A stretch of DNA of 64,000 bases from an uncultured delta proteobacterium (GTDB lineage: Bacteria; Myxococcota_A; Polyangia; Polyangiales; Polyangiaceae). Positions 19,673 through 32,786 of the stretch are shown here, in pieces. The notes under the pieces were generated by a model. That model did no database searches and was not told the origin of the DNA. It saw nothing but the letters and a program-made list of their open reading frames with translations. The stretch's first letter is position 1; the number at the start of each line of letters is the position of its first letter. The stretch spans positions 6,432,001 to 6,496,000 of the forward strand of contig CAWAIF010000003.1 of assembly GCA_963782055.1 (NCBI GenBank), written 5' to 3'. A program made the translations under genes and the position numbers.

Positions 19673-20551
19673 CTAGCGGACCCACTCCATCTGCCTGGAG
19701 ATCGCCTTCGCGACCTCCTCGCCGTACAGCCGCTCCACCACGTGCAGGCCCACGTCGATGCCGGCGGTCACGCCTCCCCCGGTGACGAGCTGGCCGTCCT
19801 CCACCACCCGGTCCGGCGCGGCCGTCGCCCCGAAGCGCCCGAGCTCGCCGAGGGCGCTCGCGTGGGTCGTGGCGCGCTTGCCCTCCAGCCTCCCGGCCGC
19901 CCCGAGCAGGAGCGCCCCGGTGCAGACGCTCGCCGCCAGCCGGTTGCGAGGGAAGGCGGCGAGCCAGGCGGTCACCGCGGCGTCGTGCTCCAGCTCGCGC
20001 GTGCCCTTGCCCCCGGGCACCACCAGCACGTCGAACTCGCCGAGGTCCGGGCGCACGCGCCCCACGTCGAAGCGCGCGCCGTCCTGCCCCCACGGCAGCC
20101 CGCCCCCCGCCGAGACGATCTCGAAGCGCGCGTCGGGGTCGAAGCCCATGGATCGCACGCGCGAGATGGGATCGTGCACGCCGACGAGGTCGAGCAGCGT
20201 CATCCCGGGGAAGGCCACGAAGGCGAAGTGGGTGCCGGTGACCGCGTCGGGCCCCGCGTCGGTCTGGTCCAGCGTCATCACGTCCAGGATGGCGTCGCGC
20301 GGGATGGGCCCGTGGACGTGCGGCATGGGCCCGCGCGGCGTGGCCACGATCTCCACCTTCGCCTCCAGGCGCCGCGGGTCGATGCACAGCACGCAGAGGT
20401 GCGCGTCCGATTCGAAGTACAGGCGCGCGGACTCGCGCACCGCGCGCCGGTAGGAGCAGTGCACGAAGCCGTCCGCGGCGAGCGACGCGGGCGCGTACGG
20501 GTCACCCCCGATGCTCTCGACGGTGGCGACGTGATAGAGCCAGCGCAGCAC
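19673..20551 (-). CDS. DUF952-DJ-1/PfpI fusion protein
   Basis: N-terminal Y.P.SL..DGFVHCS and PHVHGPI (DUF952); C-terminal VVPGG, SVCTGA, ATTH, GGV.AGID (DJ-1/PfpI). Confidence 0.85.
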   Translation of the reverse strand: MLRWLYHVATVESIGGDPYAPASLAADGFVHCSYRRAVRESARLYFESDAHLCVLCIDPRRLEAKVEIVATPRGPMPHVHGPIPRDAILDVMTLDQTDAGPDAVTGTHFAFVAFPGMTLLDLVGVHDPISRVRSMGFDPDARFEIVSAGGGLPWGQDGARFDVGRVRPDLGEFDVLVVPGGKGTRELEHDAAVTAWLAAFPRNRLAASVCTGALLLGAAGRLEGKRATTHASALGELGRFGATAAPDRVVEDGQLVTGGGVTAGIDVGLHVVERLYGEEVAKAISRQMEWVR

Positions 20552-21028
20552 TCAGCGCACCCGGACGCTCTGATTCATCCACTCCAGGCTCTGCGCGTAG
20601 CGCTCCACCGCCGGCTTGGCGCCGCCCGACTCCACCAGGAAGAGGCGCTTGTCCACGATGTAGAGCGTGAGCCAGTACGCGAACGGCTTGTTGCCCTGGT
20701 CGGAGCCGAAGCGCAGCTGCTTGCCCGGCACGCCATCGGCGGACTTCACGTCGCGCGTCTCCAGCAGGGCGTAGCCGTCCACGTCGCGCAGCTGCAGCGT
20801 GCAGGCGCGCGTCCAGAAGGCGAGGTCGCCGGGCGCGTCGCCCTCCAGGTCCTCCACCTGCACCGCCACCACCACGCCCTCCGGCGTGGTCGCGCGGTAC
20901 GCGTAGTTTGGCTCCTGGTTCTGCAGCTCGACGAAGCCGGGCGCGGTCTTGATGTCGAAGGGGCGCCCGCACGCGCACAGGAGCGCGGCGACGGCGAGGG
21001 TGGCCCAGATCTTCACGGCGGTTCTCAT
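20552..21028 (-). CDS. Lipoprotein
   Basis: Lipobox LCAC; coupled to the DUF4349 gene. Confidence 0.75.
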   Translation of the reverse strand: MRTAVKIWATLAVAALLCACGRPFDIKTAPGFVELQNQEPNYAYRATTPEGVVVAVQVEDLEGDAPGDLAFWTRACTLQLRDVDGYALLETRDVKSADGVPGKQLRFGSDQGNKPFAYWLTLYIVDKRLFLVESGGAKPAVERYAQSLEWMNQSVRVR

Positions 21029-22002
21029 TGCGAAAGGCTCAGGAGGCGGGGGAGCCCCAGTCCGGACAGCCAGGGGAAGGGAAGGCGCAGCGGCACGTCG
21101 CGCACCGCCGCCGCGCCGCGCGGCTCGAAGGAGGCGGTGATGGAGGAGTAGGCGATGCGATCGCGCAGCAGCTTGAGCTTGCCCTCCATCAGCTCGATCT
21201 GCTCGGTGATGCGGCCGAGCTCCTTCTCGATCGCCAGCGCGTCCTTCACGCTCGCCTTCTCCAGCAGCGCCCGCAGGCGCTCCTGCATGGCGCGCGCGTT
21301 CTTCAGGCGCGTGGAGAGGTCCATGAACTGGTCGGTCACGTCCTCGGCGGTCACCTCGCGGTGGAGCACGTCACCGGTGGCCTCCACCTGCTTGAGCGCG
21401 TCGGCGAAGCGTGCGCGCGGGACGCGGATGGTGATCTGCCGGTCCGTCCGGGTGGCGAGGTAGCCGCCCATGTCCTTGGCCATGTGCTCGATGGTGTCGA
21501 GGGCGGGCTCCACCTGGTACACCGCCAGGGTGATACGTGCAGTATACACGAGCATCGCCGCCTTGTGCGGCGCCTCGGTGGCGTCGGTCGTGGGGGCGGG
21601 CTTCGTGGTGGCCGGCGTGCCCTGACCGCCCGCCGCGCCGCCGGCGGCCGAGCCGCTCGCGGCCGAGCCGGGCATCGGCGGCGGGCTGGTGTCGATGGGG
21701 TGCTTGCCCAGGTCGGCGACCTCCTCGCCCTGGCCTTCCCGGTCGATGGCGCGAGGCGGTCTGGTGGGCGGGGGCGGCGGCTCGTCCGGCTGGTCGCCGA
21801 AGCGAGCATCCTCGTCCGGCGGCGGCGCCTCCGCCGCGGGACCGACGCCCTGCGAGGCGGTCCCCGAGACCTCGGTGCGCGCCTCCCCCGCGGCCGCTCC
21901 TCCACCGCCGCCGTAGTACGACGCCCCCGACGCGGGCGACTCCGCCGCCGCGCCACCACACCCCACCAGGGCAACGAACGCCCACCCGTACCACGCTCTC
22001 AT
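21025..22002 (-). CDS. DUF4349 domain lipoprotein
   Basis: Lipobox LVGC, Pro/Ala linker, then TIRVP, EDVTDQFMDL..RL, IAYSSI. Confidence 0.85.
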   Translation of the reverse strand: MRAWYGWAFVALVGCGGAAAESPASGASYYGGGGGAAAGEARTEVSGTASQGVGPAAEAPPPDEDARFGDQPDEPPPPPTRPPRAIDREGQGEEVADLGKHPIDTSPPPMPGSAASGSAAGGAAGGQGTPATTKPAPTTDATEAPHKAAMLVYTARITLAVYQVEPALDTIEHMAKDMGGYLATRTDRQITIRVPRARFADALKQVEATGDVLHREVTAEDVTDQFMDLSTRLKNARAMQERLRALLEKASVKDALAIEKELGRITEQIELMEGKLKLLRDRIAYSSITASFEPRGAAAVRDVPLRLPFPWLSGLGLPRLLSLSQ

Positions 22003-22216
22003 CCTGCCTCCGTCACTCGCCGGCTCGCGGCCCGCCTGGGGCCCGCCGCGCGGCGCCGTCACGTTACACCCGAAGGGCGCCGGGGAGCGCTTGGACTTGC
22101 GACGCGGGCCGGCGACTGGTATGCGTGCGCCCCGTTTTTCGCCGTGCAAGTCATCTTGCACACCCACCCGTCCCCCGCTCGGCTCGGCGGCGCGGACTCG
22201 AAAAGGAGAGCCCCCC

Positions 22217-22648
22217 ATGAAAAGCCCCCTCTCGGTCGTCAAGGACAAGTTCGGCGACAAGCAGAAGCTCGTGGCCGCCATCGAGAAGCTCGCCGGCGAC
22301 GACCTCTGGGTCTCGCGCACCAACGAGAAGAAGGGCCTCGCCCACGTGGCGAACGCCAAGCTGCTGCGCCTCCACGCCACCTTCGACGCCGTGAAGGAGA
22401 AGTTCGGCACGCGCGAGAAGCTCATCGCCGCCATCCTGGAGCTGGAGAAGCGCGCCAAGGACGAGGGCTACAAGACGCGCATCTCGGCCTACCCCGTGCC
22501 GCGCCTCTGGGACATGTACCGCTCGCTGGACAAGCGCGTCGCGCGCGCCGGGCAGGCGGCGAAGGCCGCGCCCGCCAAGGCCGCCAAGCCGAAGGCCGCC
22601 GCCAAGCCGAAGGCGCCGAAGAAGGCCGCCGCGAAGAAGGCCGAGTGA
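22217..22648 (+). CDS. Small basic protein with Lys/Ala/Pro-rich histone-H1-like tail
   Basis: AGGAG RBS; C-terminus AAKAAPAKAAKPKAAAKPKAPKKAAAKKAE. Confidence 0.8.
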   Translation: MKSPLSVVKDKFGDKQKLVAAIEKLAGDDLWVSRTNEKKGLAHVANAKLLRLHATFDAVKEKFGTREKLIAAILELEKRAKDEGYKTRISAYPVPRLWDMYRSLDKRVARAGQAAKAAPAKAAKPKAAAKPKAPKKAAAKKAE

Positions 22649-22751
22649 GGTGAGTGACAGTCGTGTGACACACCCAAACCGTTGATGGCCCGAGCGCAGG
22701 GCTGCTAGGTATTGGGCCGCGCGTCCCGGCGGGTCGGGCGCAAGGAGAGTC

Positions 22752-23363
22752 ATGGCCAAAGTTCAGAAGTCCGCCGGCGTGGCCGTCGGCCCGACGGGAT
22801 ACCCCGAGATGCACGAGATGCTCGTGCCGAAGGCGATCTTCTTCACCAACGGCGTCGGCGTGCACAAGGACCGCCTCTCGTCCTTCGAGCTCTCGCTCCG
22901 CGACGCGGGCATCGAGAAGGCGAACCTGGTGACCGTGAGCTCGATCTTTCCGCCGCGGTGCAAGGAGCTGAGCCGCAAGGAAGGCGAGAAGCTGATCAAG
23001 CCCGGGCAGATCGTCCACTGCGTCATGGCCCGCCAGGACACCAACGAGCCCAACCGGCTCATCGCCGCGTCGATCGGCGTCGCGCGTCCGTCCGACCCGA
23101 ACATGTACGGCTACCTCTCCGAGCACCACAGCTACGGCGAGACGGCCAAGACCGCCGGCGACTACGCCGAGGACCTCGCCGCGACGATGCTCGCCACCAC
23201 CCTCGGCATCGAGTTCGACCCGGAGAAGGCGTGGAGCGAGCGCGAGCAGGTCTTCAAGATGGCCGGCAACATCCTGCGCACCCGCCACGTCGTGCAGAGC
23301 GCGGAGGGTCACAAGCGCGGGATCTGGTCGACCGTCGTGGCGCTGGGCGTGTTCATCTTCTGA
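22752..23363 (+). CDS. pdaD: Pyruvoyl-dependent arginine decarboxylase
   Basis: [19 protein letters not shown] (Ser-Ser autocleavage site), GY.SEHH; AGGAG RBS. Confidence 0.88.
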   Translation: MAKVQKSAGVAVGPTGYPEMHEMLVPKAIFFTNGVGVHKDRLSSFELSLRDAGIEKANLVTVSSIFPPRCKELSRKEGEKLIKPGQIVHCVMARQDTNEPNRLIAASIGVARPSDPNMYGYLSEHHSYGETAKTAGDYAEDLAATMLATTLGIEFDPEKAWSEREQVFKMAGNILRTRHVVQSAEGHKRGIWSTVVALGVFIF

Positions 23364-23452
23364 AAGAGCGGGGCTTTTACCCTTCTTTACGGCCTCTTGC
23401 CGTGTCGCACCGCGCGGGGCGTGTCATCGTAGGAGCCATCGGAGGTTCTCCC

Positions 23453-24382
23453 ATGGCACCGTGGTTCCGTCCCGCTCGCATGACGCCCGTGATCCTCGCC
23501 GCGCTGCTCGCCGCCGGCGCCCTTCCGGCGTGCGCCAGCTCCGCCTCGATCGAGCAGCCCGCCAACCAGGCGTCCGGGGAGACGCGCGCGCCGCTCGCAG
23601 TGACCGCCCACGGGCCGATGAAGCTGGGCGTCGAGGCGCTCGGCGAGGTGCCGCTGCGCGCCGACCAGCGGCAGACCATCGAGCAGATGGTGAAGGACGC
23701 CGAGACGCGCCACCAGGCTCAGCGCAAGGCGCGCGAGGACCTCACGCTCGCCGTGGCCGATCAGGTGCAGGCCGGCGCCATCGATCGCACCGCCCTGCAG
23801 CCCAGGATCGACGCGGCCGCCGCGGCGTACGAGCAGTCTCGCCCGCAGGACCGCGCCGACCTGGAGAAGCTCCACGCCCTGCTCACGCCCGAGCAGCGCA
23901 TCGCCTTCGTCGACACCCTGCGCGCCAAGATGGAGCAGCGGCACCACCGCCACGCGGGCGCGGCGGCGGGCGCGCACAAGGGCGCGCACAGGGGCCACAT
24001 GGGGATGAAGAAGTGGGCGGAGGCGCTGGGCCTCACCGACGCGCAGCGCTCCGCGATCCGCGACAAGTTCATCGCGCGCTTGCAGCCGCAGGGCGGCGCC
24101 GCGGTCGCGGGGCAGGCAGGCCAGGCCTTCGCGAAGATGCACGAGGTCCACGAGCGCCTGGAGAAGATCCTGGACGCCTTCAAGACCGATCACTTCGTCA
24201 TGGACGAGGTGGCGCCGCCCGTCGACGCCAAGCAGATGGCCAACGAGTTTGCCGACCACGCGATCGACTTCGTCCAGACCGTGCTGCCCGAGCTCACGCC
24301 CGCGCAGCGCACGATCGCCGCGCAGAAGCTCCGCGAGCGGGCGAGCCACCTCGAGGAGGCAGCGCACCCGCTCGCGCAGTGA
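23453..24382 (+). CDS. Spy/CpxP-like (LTxxQ) helical lipoprotein with His-rich insert
   Basis: Lipobox LPAC; LTPEQR, LTDAQR and LTPAQR motifs. Confidence 0.7.
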   Translation: MAPWFRPARMTPVILAALLAAGALPACASSASIEQPANQASGETRAPLAVTAHGPMKLGVEALGEVPLRADQRQTIEQMVKDAETRHQAQRKAREDLTLAVADQVQAGAIDRTALQPRIDAAAAAYEQSRPQDRADLEKLHALLTPEQRIAFVDTLRAKMEQRHHRHAGAAAGAHKGAHRGHMGMKKWAEALGLTDAQRSAIRDKFIARLQPQGGAAVAGQAGQAFAKMHEVHERLEKILDAFKTDHFVMDEVAPPVDAKQMANEFADHAIDFVQTVLPELTPAQRTIAAQKLRERASHLEEAAHPLAQ

Positions 24383-24391
24383 TCGCCGTCA

Positions 24392-24787
24392 CTACCGCTT
24401 CTGGTCCGGCGAGACCGGAGGCGGGTCGCCGGTGCCACGCGGCGGGGCCGGCCGGACGTCCCGGGGCAGCAGCCCCGTGCCTCCCGGCGAGACCCTGACG
24501 GTCGGCTGGGCAGCGACCTGGTTGTTGTCGTTGCCTTCGCCTACTGCGGCAACCGCGCCACCCGCGTTGGGGACACGACCGGGCGTGTTCTGTCCGGGCT
24601 GCGCCCCCACGCCCTTGGTCTGGGGCGTGATCTGGGTCACGGTTTGCTGCTTCGACTCCTGAGTGATGTTGTCGTTGGGTGGGACGTTGTTGGCGCCCGC
24701 CTGCGTTCCCTCCTTCGCACACGCCACGAAGGCGCCGGCGCCGAGCGCCGCGGCGAAGAAGAGAGCCGTCCACGTTCGACGGATCAT
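24392..24787 (-). CDS. Small low-complexity lipoprotein
   Basis: AGGAGG before ATG; lipobox FVAC; N/Q/P/G-rich mature part. Confidence 0.65.
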   Translation of the reverse strand: MIRRTWTALFFAAALGAGAFVACAKEGTQAGANNVPPNDNITQESKQQTVTQITPQTKGVGAQPGQNTPGRVPNAGGAVAAVGEGNDNNQVAAQPTVRVSPGGTGLLPRDVRPAPPRGTGDPPPVSPDQKR

Positions 24788-24966
24788 GATGGGCCTCCTG
24801 ACTTGGCTTGGCAGGGGGTACTTCAACGTTCGTGCCGAGCCGGATCCGGCTGAAAACAAGGCCCGGGGAGCCGCCGACCGCGCGAGGATGGCGTAGCTAC
24901 GCAAGGGCTGCAGCGGCCGAGCTTCCCCTTGCGGGGACGGCCCCGTACTCTCCGACCACCCCCACG

Positions 24967-25689
24967 ATGACGACGGCGGCAGAGCAAGGCGCGGCGCGAC
25001 CCGCGCACGGACCGGGCATCCTCGCGGCGTGCATGGCGGTGCTCGGCAAGGACCTGCGCATCGAGCTGCGCACGCGCGAGGTCGTCACCACGACCGGCTT
25101 CTTCGCCGTCCTCGTGGCCGTGATGGCCTCCTTCGCCTACACGACAGGACCGGAGACGACGGTGCGCGTCGCCCCGGGCACGCTGTGGCTCGCCATCGCC
25201 TTCTCCAGCGTCCTCGCCCTCGGCAGGAGCTGGCAGCGCGAGCGCGAGGATGGCGCATTCACTGCGTTGCTGGTCGCGCCGGTGCCGCGCGCCGCCATCT
25301 TCCTCGGCAAGGCCCTCGGCGTGCTCGCCTTCCTGGCGGTGGTCGAGGCGCTGCTCGTGCCCGTCGTCGCGCTGCTCTTTCACATCGACCTCTTGCCAAT
25401 CCTGCCCTCCCTGTTGCCCATCCTCGGGCTGGGGACGGTGGGCGTGGTCGCCACCGGCACCCTCTTCGGCGCGATGACCGTGCGCACCCGCGCCGGCAAT
25501 CTGATGATCGCCACGGTGCTCTTCCCTCTCCTCTCCCCGACGCTGCTCTCCGGCGTCATGGCGACGCGCGAGCTGCTCGCCGGCGCGCCCTTCGAGGAGT
25601 ACCGCGCCTACCTCGGTTTCCTCCTGGTGTTCGACGCCGTCGCGCTGGCGGGCGGGCTGGGTATGTTCGGCGCGCTCGTCGATGACTGA
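24967..25689 (+). CDS. ccmB: Heme exporter protein B
   Basis: KDLRIELR, ERE.G...LL.AP, IFLGK, L.FPL..P; about 6 TMs. Confidence 0.88.
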   Translation: MTTAAEQGAARPAHGPGILAACMAVLGKDLRIELRTREVVTTTGFFAVLVAVMASFAYTTGPETTVRVAPGTLWLAIAFSSVLALGRSWQREREDGAFTALLVAPVPRAAIFLGKALGVLAFLAVVEALLVPVVALLFHIDLLPILPSLLPILGLGTVGVVATGTLFGAMTVRTRAGNLMIATVLFPLLSPTLLSGVMATRELLAGAPFEEYRAYLGFLLVFDAVALAGGLGMFGALVDD

Positions 25690-25722
25690 GGCCCGGCCGA
25701 CTGCCCGACGGGCGCCGCCGGC

Positions 25723-27033
25723 TCAGCGACCGACGCGCGACGCCAGATCGCGGGCGTCGGCGAGCACGCGCGCGGGCTCGAGCGGGGCGCCGGTGATCTC
25801 GCCGAGCACCCAGAAGCCGTCGCGGACCTCGCCGCCCTCCGGGCGCACCGCGAAGCCGCGTGGCTCGTGCTCGGGCTTCGCCCCCGCCTGCTCCGCCAGC
25901 TCGAACGAGGGGGCGCGCGGGGCGTCCACCAGCACCGCGTCGACGCGCAGGCGCTCCTCCTTCCCGCCCTCGACGAAGGCGACCTCCTTCACGTGGGTGC
26001 CGCCGCTCACCGCCACGGGCGCGCCGCGCACCACGCGCACGTCGCAGCGGCTGGCGGCGCTCCGCGCGTAGGCCTCGCCGAAGGGACCGCCTCCCTCCAC
26101 GACGAACACCGCCACCCGCTCGCCGAGGCCCACGCCTCGCGCGAGCAGACCGCACGCCGCGCGCGCGCTCATGACGCCCGGCACGTCGTTGCCCTCGAAG
26201 GCGACCACGCCGTCGTGGGCCCCGGGGGCGAGCACCACGTCGCGCGCCGACGTCACCTCCGCGCGGGCCTCGTCGGCGTCCTCCGCCGGGCCGACCACCA
26301 GCACGTCGTCGCCGTAAATCCCCGCCGCCGTCGTGCGCAGCCGCAGCGTCACCGCCCCGCGCGCGACCGCGGCGTCGAAGCGCTCGCGAAGGCCGTCCCA
26401 CGCCGCGTCGAGCGTCGCGACCGTGCTGCCACCCGCCGCCAGCGCGTCGTCCACCACCTCCACCCGCCTCCCCGCCGCCGCCAGCTCCAGCGCCGCCGCC
26501 ATGCCCGAAGGACCCGCGCCCACGACGAGCACGTCCAGCGCACGCCGCGACGCCTTCGCCGCCGGGGTCGCCGTCCTGGGCAGCCGCCCCAGGCCGGCCA
26601 CGCGCCGCGCGAAGACCTGCATCACCTGCTGCAGCCCGGGCACGCCGGCGAAGAGCTCGTGATGGTTGAGCCCGGAGGCGAAGAACCAGTCGGTCACCCG
26701 CAGCAGGTCGATCTCCCGCGAGCCGAGGGTGTTCTGCGACTCCACCACCGCGCCCTCGCGGACCGGGTGCAGGCAGGTGGTGACGTTGGGCACGCCGTCG
26801 ACGCGCGCCAGGCATCCGTCGCACGCCCCCCGGAAGCACGCGGGCCCGCGCGGGCGGTGGTACTTCGGGCTGCGCGCGAGCGCGAGCTTGCCGGCGGCGA
26901 CGAGCGCCGCGGCGACCGGCTCGCCCCGCTCGGCGGTCACCGGGTGTCCGTCGAAGGTGAAGGACACCGGGTCGCGGAGCTCGCGCCCGGCCGCCCGGGC
27001 GGGCGTCGTGGGGCGTTCGGGGCGCCTGGCCAT
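25723..27033 (-). CDS. 2Fe-2S + FAD oxidoreductase (N-terminal part of sarcosine oxidase / proline dehydrogenase alpha-type)
   Basis: RSPKYHRPRG..C..G.C..C...VDG.PN...C; VVGAGPSG; FEGNDVPGVM. Confidence 0.85.
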   Translation of the reverse strand: MARRPERPTTPARAAGRELRDPVSFTFDGHPVTAERGEPVAAALVAAGKLALARSPKYHRPRGPACFRGACDGCLARVDGVPNVTTCLHPVREGAVVESQNTLGSREIDLLRVTDWFFASGLNHHELFAGVPGLQQVMQVFARRVAGLGRLPRTATPAAKASRRALDVLVVGAGPSGMAAALELAAAGRRVEVVDDALAAGGSTVATLDAAWDGLRERFDAAVARGAVTLRLRTTAAGIYGDDVLVVGPAEDADEARAEVTSARDVVLAPGAHDGVVAFEGNDVPGVMSARAACGLLARGVGLGERVAVFVVEGGGPFGEAYARSAASRCDVRVVRGAPVAVSGGTHVKEVAFVEGGKEERLRVDAVLVDAPRAPSFELAEQAGAKPEHEPRGFAVRPEGGEVRDGFWVLGEITGAPLEPARVLADARDLASRVGR

Positions 27034-27103
27034 GCCGACCGCTTAGCACGGCGGCGATGCGGGGAGCAGCCGGCGGCGGTTGCGTGTACCTTCAATCCGC
27101 CCC

Positions 27104-27712
27104 ATGCGCATCGGCTTCCTCGGTCCTGCAGGCGACCAGCTCGGCCTGCTGGAGCGCGCGGCGAGCTTCCTGCTCTCGCGCGAGCGCGTCACGCGAGCGG
27201 TCTACCTCGGCGACGACGGCGCGCTCGACCGGTGCGTCGTCGGGTGGGCCCGCCGCCTCGTCGGCGACGACCCGACCGACGACGCCGCCTGGCGGCGCGC
27301 TTCGGAGATGGCCGTCTCCGGCACCGCCGCGCAGATCGACCGCTTCGTCGCGGGGGAGCGCGAGCGCCTGCGCCTGCGCGCGCTCGTGACGCTGCCGGAG
27401 GAGATGCCCTTCGCCTTCGAGACGCTCGGCGAGCTCGGCGTCGCGATGGCGTACGACCCCACCCTGCTCGACGAGGAGGACCTCGCCCACGCCAACCTGC
27501 TCGTGATGGGCGACTCCGACGAGCCGCGCCTGGAGGAGGCCGGGGCGCGGTGGCTGCTGGCGCCCGGCCGCATCGGCCGGCGCGGCGGGGTCGCCGTGCT
27601 GGACGTGCAGAAGGAGCCCGCGGTGGTCACCGTCTACGACCTGGACGAGCGCGAGATCATCCGCGCCGAGCTGTCCGCGCCGCGCACGCACGCCGGACAC
27701 CGCGCGCCATGA
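27104..27712 (+). CDS. Degenerate metallophosphoesterase-like protein
   Basis: MRIGF start, YLGD, GDS and APG in calcineurin-like spacing, but the metal-binding His residues are absent. Confidence 0.5.
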   Translation: MRIGFLGPAGDQLGLLERAASFLLSRERVTRAVYLGDDGALDRCVVGWARRLVGDDPTDDAAWRRASEMAVSGTAAQIDRFVAGERERLRLRALVTLPEEMPFAFETLGELGVAMAYDPTLLDEEDLAHANLLVMGDSDEPRLEEAGARWLLAPGRIGRRGGVAVLDVQKEPAVVTVYDLDEREIIRAELSAPRTHAGHRAP

Positions 27713-28269
27713 CCACCGTCGCGGTCTTCGGGGGCAGCTTCAACCCGCCGCACATGGCGCACGTGCTCGCCGTCGCCACGGTGCTCGCGACCGAAGACGT
27801 CGACGCCCTGCTGGTGGTGCCCACCTTCCGGCATCCCTTCGGCAAGCCGCTCGCGCCGTACGACGACCGCGTCGCCATGTGCGAGATGGCGATGGCGTGG
27901 ATGCCGCAGGTGGAGGTGTCGCGCGTGGAGGAGGAGATGGGCGGCGCCAGCCTGACCCTGCGCATGCTCGAGCGCCTGCAGGGCGCGCACCCCGCGTGGA
28001 AGCTGCGCCTCGTCATGGGCGCCGACCTGCTGCTCGAGGCGCACAAGTGGTTCCGCTTCGAGGACGTGGAGAAGCTCGCGCCGCCCATCGTGCTGGGGCG
28101 CGTGGGGGTCAGCCACGCGCGCGCGCTGCACGCCATCCTGCCCGACATCTCCAGCACCCTCGTGCGCGCACGGATCGCCGCGGGCGCGTGGGACGAGCTG
28201 CACGGCATCGTCCCGCGGCGGGTGCTGGCCCACGTCCGCGAGAAAGGTCTTTATGCGTCCCCGTCGTAG
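27709..28269 (+). CDS. nadD: Nicotinate-nucleotide adenylyltransferase
   Basis: FGGSFNPPHMAH, HPFGK, GAD, W, ISST..R, VP..V..V..GLY. Confidence 0.92.
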   Translation: MTTVAVFGGSFNPPHMAHVLAVATVLATEDVDALLVVPTFRHPFGKPLAPYDDRVAMCEMAMAWMPQVEVSRVEEEMGGASLTLRMLERLQGAHPAWKLRLVMGADLLLEAHKWFRFEDVEKLAPPIVLGRVGVSHARALHAILPDISSTLVRARIAAGAWDELHGIVPRRVLAHVREKGLYASPS

Positions 28270-28288
28270 CCGCAGCAAGGGCCTGTCC

Positions 28289-29116
28289 ATGCGCATCGCC
28301 ATCCTCGGCGCCGGGAAGGTGGGCCGCGCCCTCGCCGCCGCCATTCGCCACGCCGGCGGTCAGGTCACCCTGCGCGCCGCGCGCAAGGGGCCGCCCCGCA
28401 GGCCGTTCGACGCCGATCTGGTCATCCTCGCCGTGCGCGACCGCCAGCTCCCGGGGCTGATCGAGGCGCTGCTCGCAGGGAAGGCGGTCACGCGCGAGGC
28501 CGCCTACGTCCACGTCGCCGGCGCGCTCCGGAGCGACGCGCTCGCGCCCCTGCGCGGCGCGTGCGCCGGCGTCGCGCAGATGCACCCGATGATCGCCTTC
28601 GCCTCCACGCGCTTCTTCCCGCAGCTCGCGAAGGGCAACGTCCACGTCGAGGGGGATCGCGTGGCCGTCGCGCGGGCGCGGCGCCTCGCCCGGGCGCTCG
28701 GCATGACGCCGCGCACCTTCGCCCGCCTGGACACCGTCGGCTACCACGCCGCGGCCAGCCTGGTCGCCAACACCGGCGCCGCCGTCGCCGCGCTGGGCGC
28801 GGAGGTGCTCGTCGCCTCCGGCGTCCCTCGCGCCGAGGCGCCGAAGCTGCTCGGCCCGCTGCTGTGGAGCGTCGCGCGGAACGTCCAGACCCTCGGCTTC
28901 CCTGCCGCCCTCACCGGTCCGGTCCGGCGCGGCGACGTCGCCGCGCTGGAGAAGGGCCGCACCACCCTCGGCGCCCGAACGCCCGCCGCCGTTTCCTTGT
29001 ATGTTGCAGGTATCCGGGCCCAGCTCCCCCTCGCCCGGGCCATCGGCGACGCCGCACCGGAGGCCTTCGACGCCATCGCCCGGTGGCTGGAAGATCTGCC
29101 CCGGCAGGAAAAATGA
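28289..29116 (+). CDS. Rossmann-like/DUF2520 oxidoreductase
   Basis: GAGKVG, AVRD, HV.G, HPM..F, YHAAA....N, LTGPVRRGD. Confidence 0.88.
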   Translation: MRIAILGAGKVGRALAAAIRHAGGQVTLRAARKGPPRRPFDADLVILAVRDRQLPGLIEALLAGKAVTREAAYVHVAGALRSDALAPLRGACAGVAQMHPMIAFASTRFFPQLAKGNVHVEGDRVAVARARRLARALGMTPRTFARLDTVGYHAAASLVANTGAAVAALGAEVLVASGVPRAEAPKLLGPLLWSVARNVQTLGFPAALTGPVRRGDVAALEKGRTTLGARTPAAVSLYVAGIRAQLPLARAIGDAAPEAFDAIARWLEDLPRQEK

Positions 29117-29249
29117 GGGTGCCGAGGACGCCGGCCGCCCGGAAGCCTCCGGAGCCTGCACATCCGCGCAGTCCGGACGCCATTTCAGCCCACTTTTTTG
29201 CCTGCGTCGGCTTGCTGCGATAGGTCGGTAGAGGTAGCCTTTTCTGACC

Positions 29250-32780
<3,531 letters not shown>

Positions 32781-32786
32781 TTCGCC

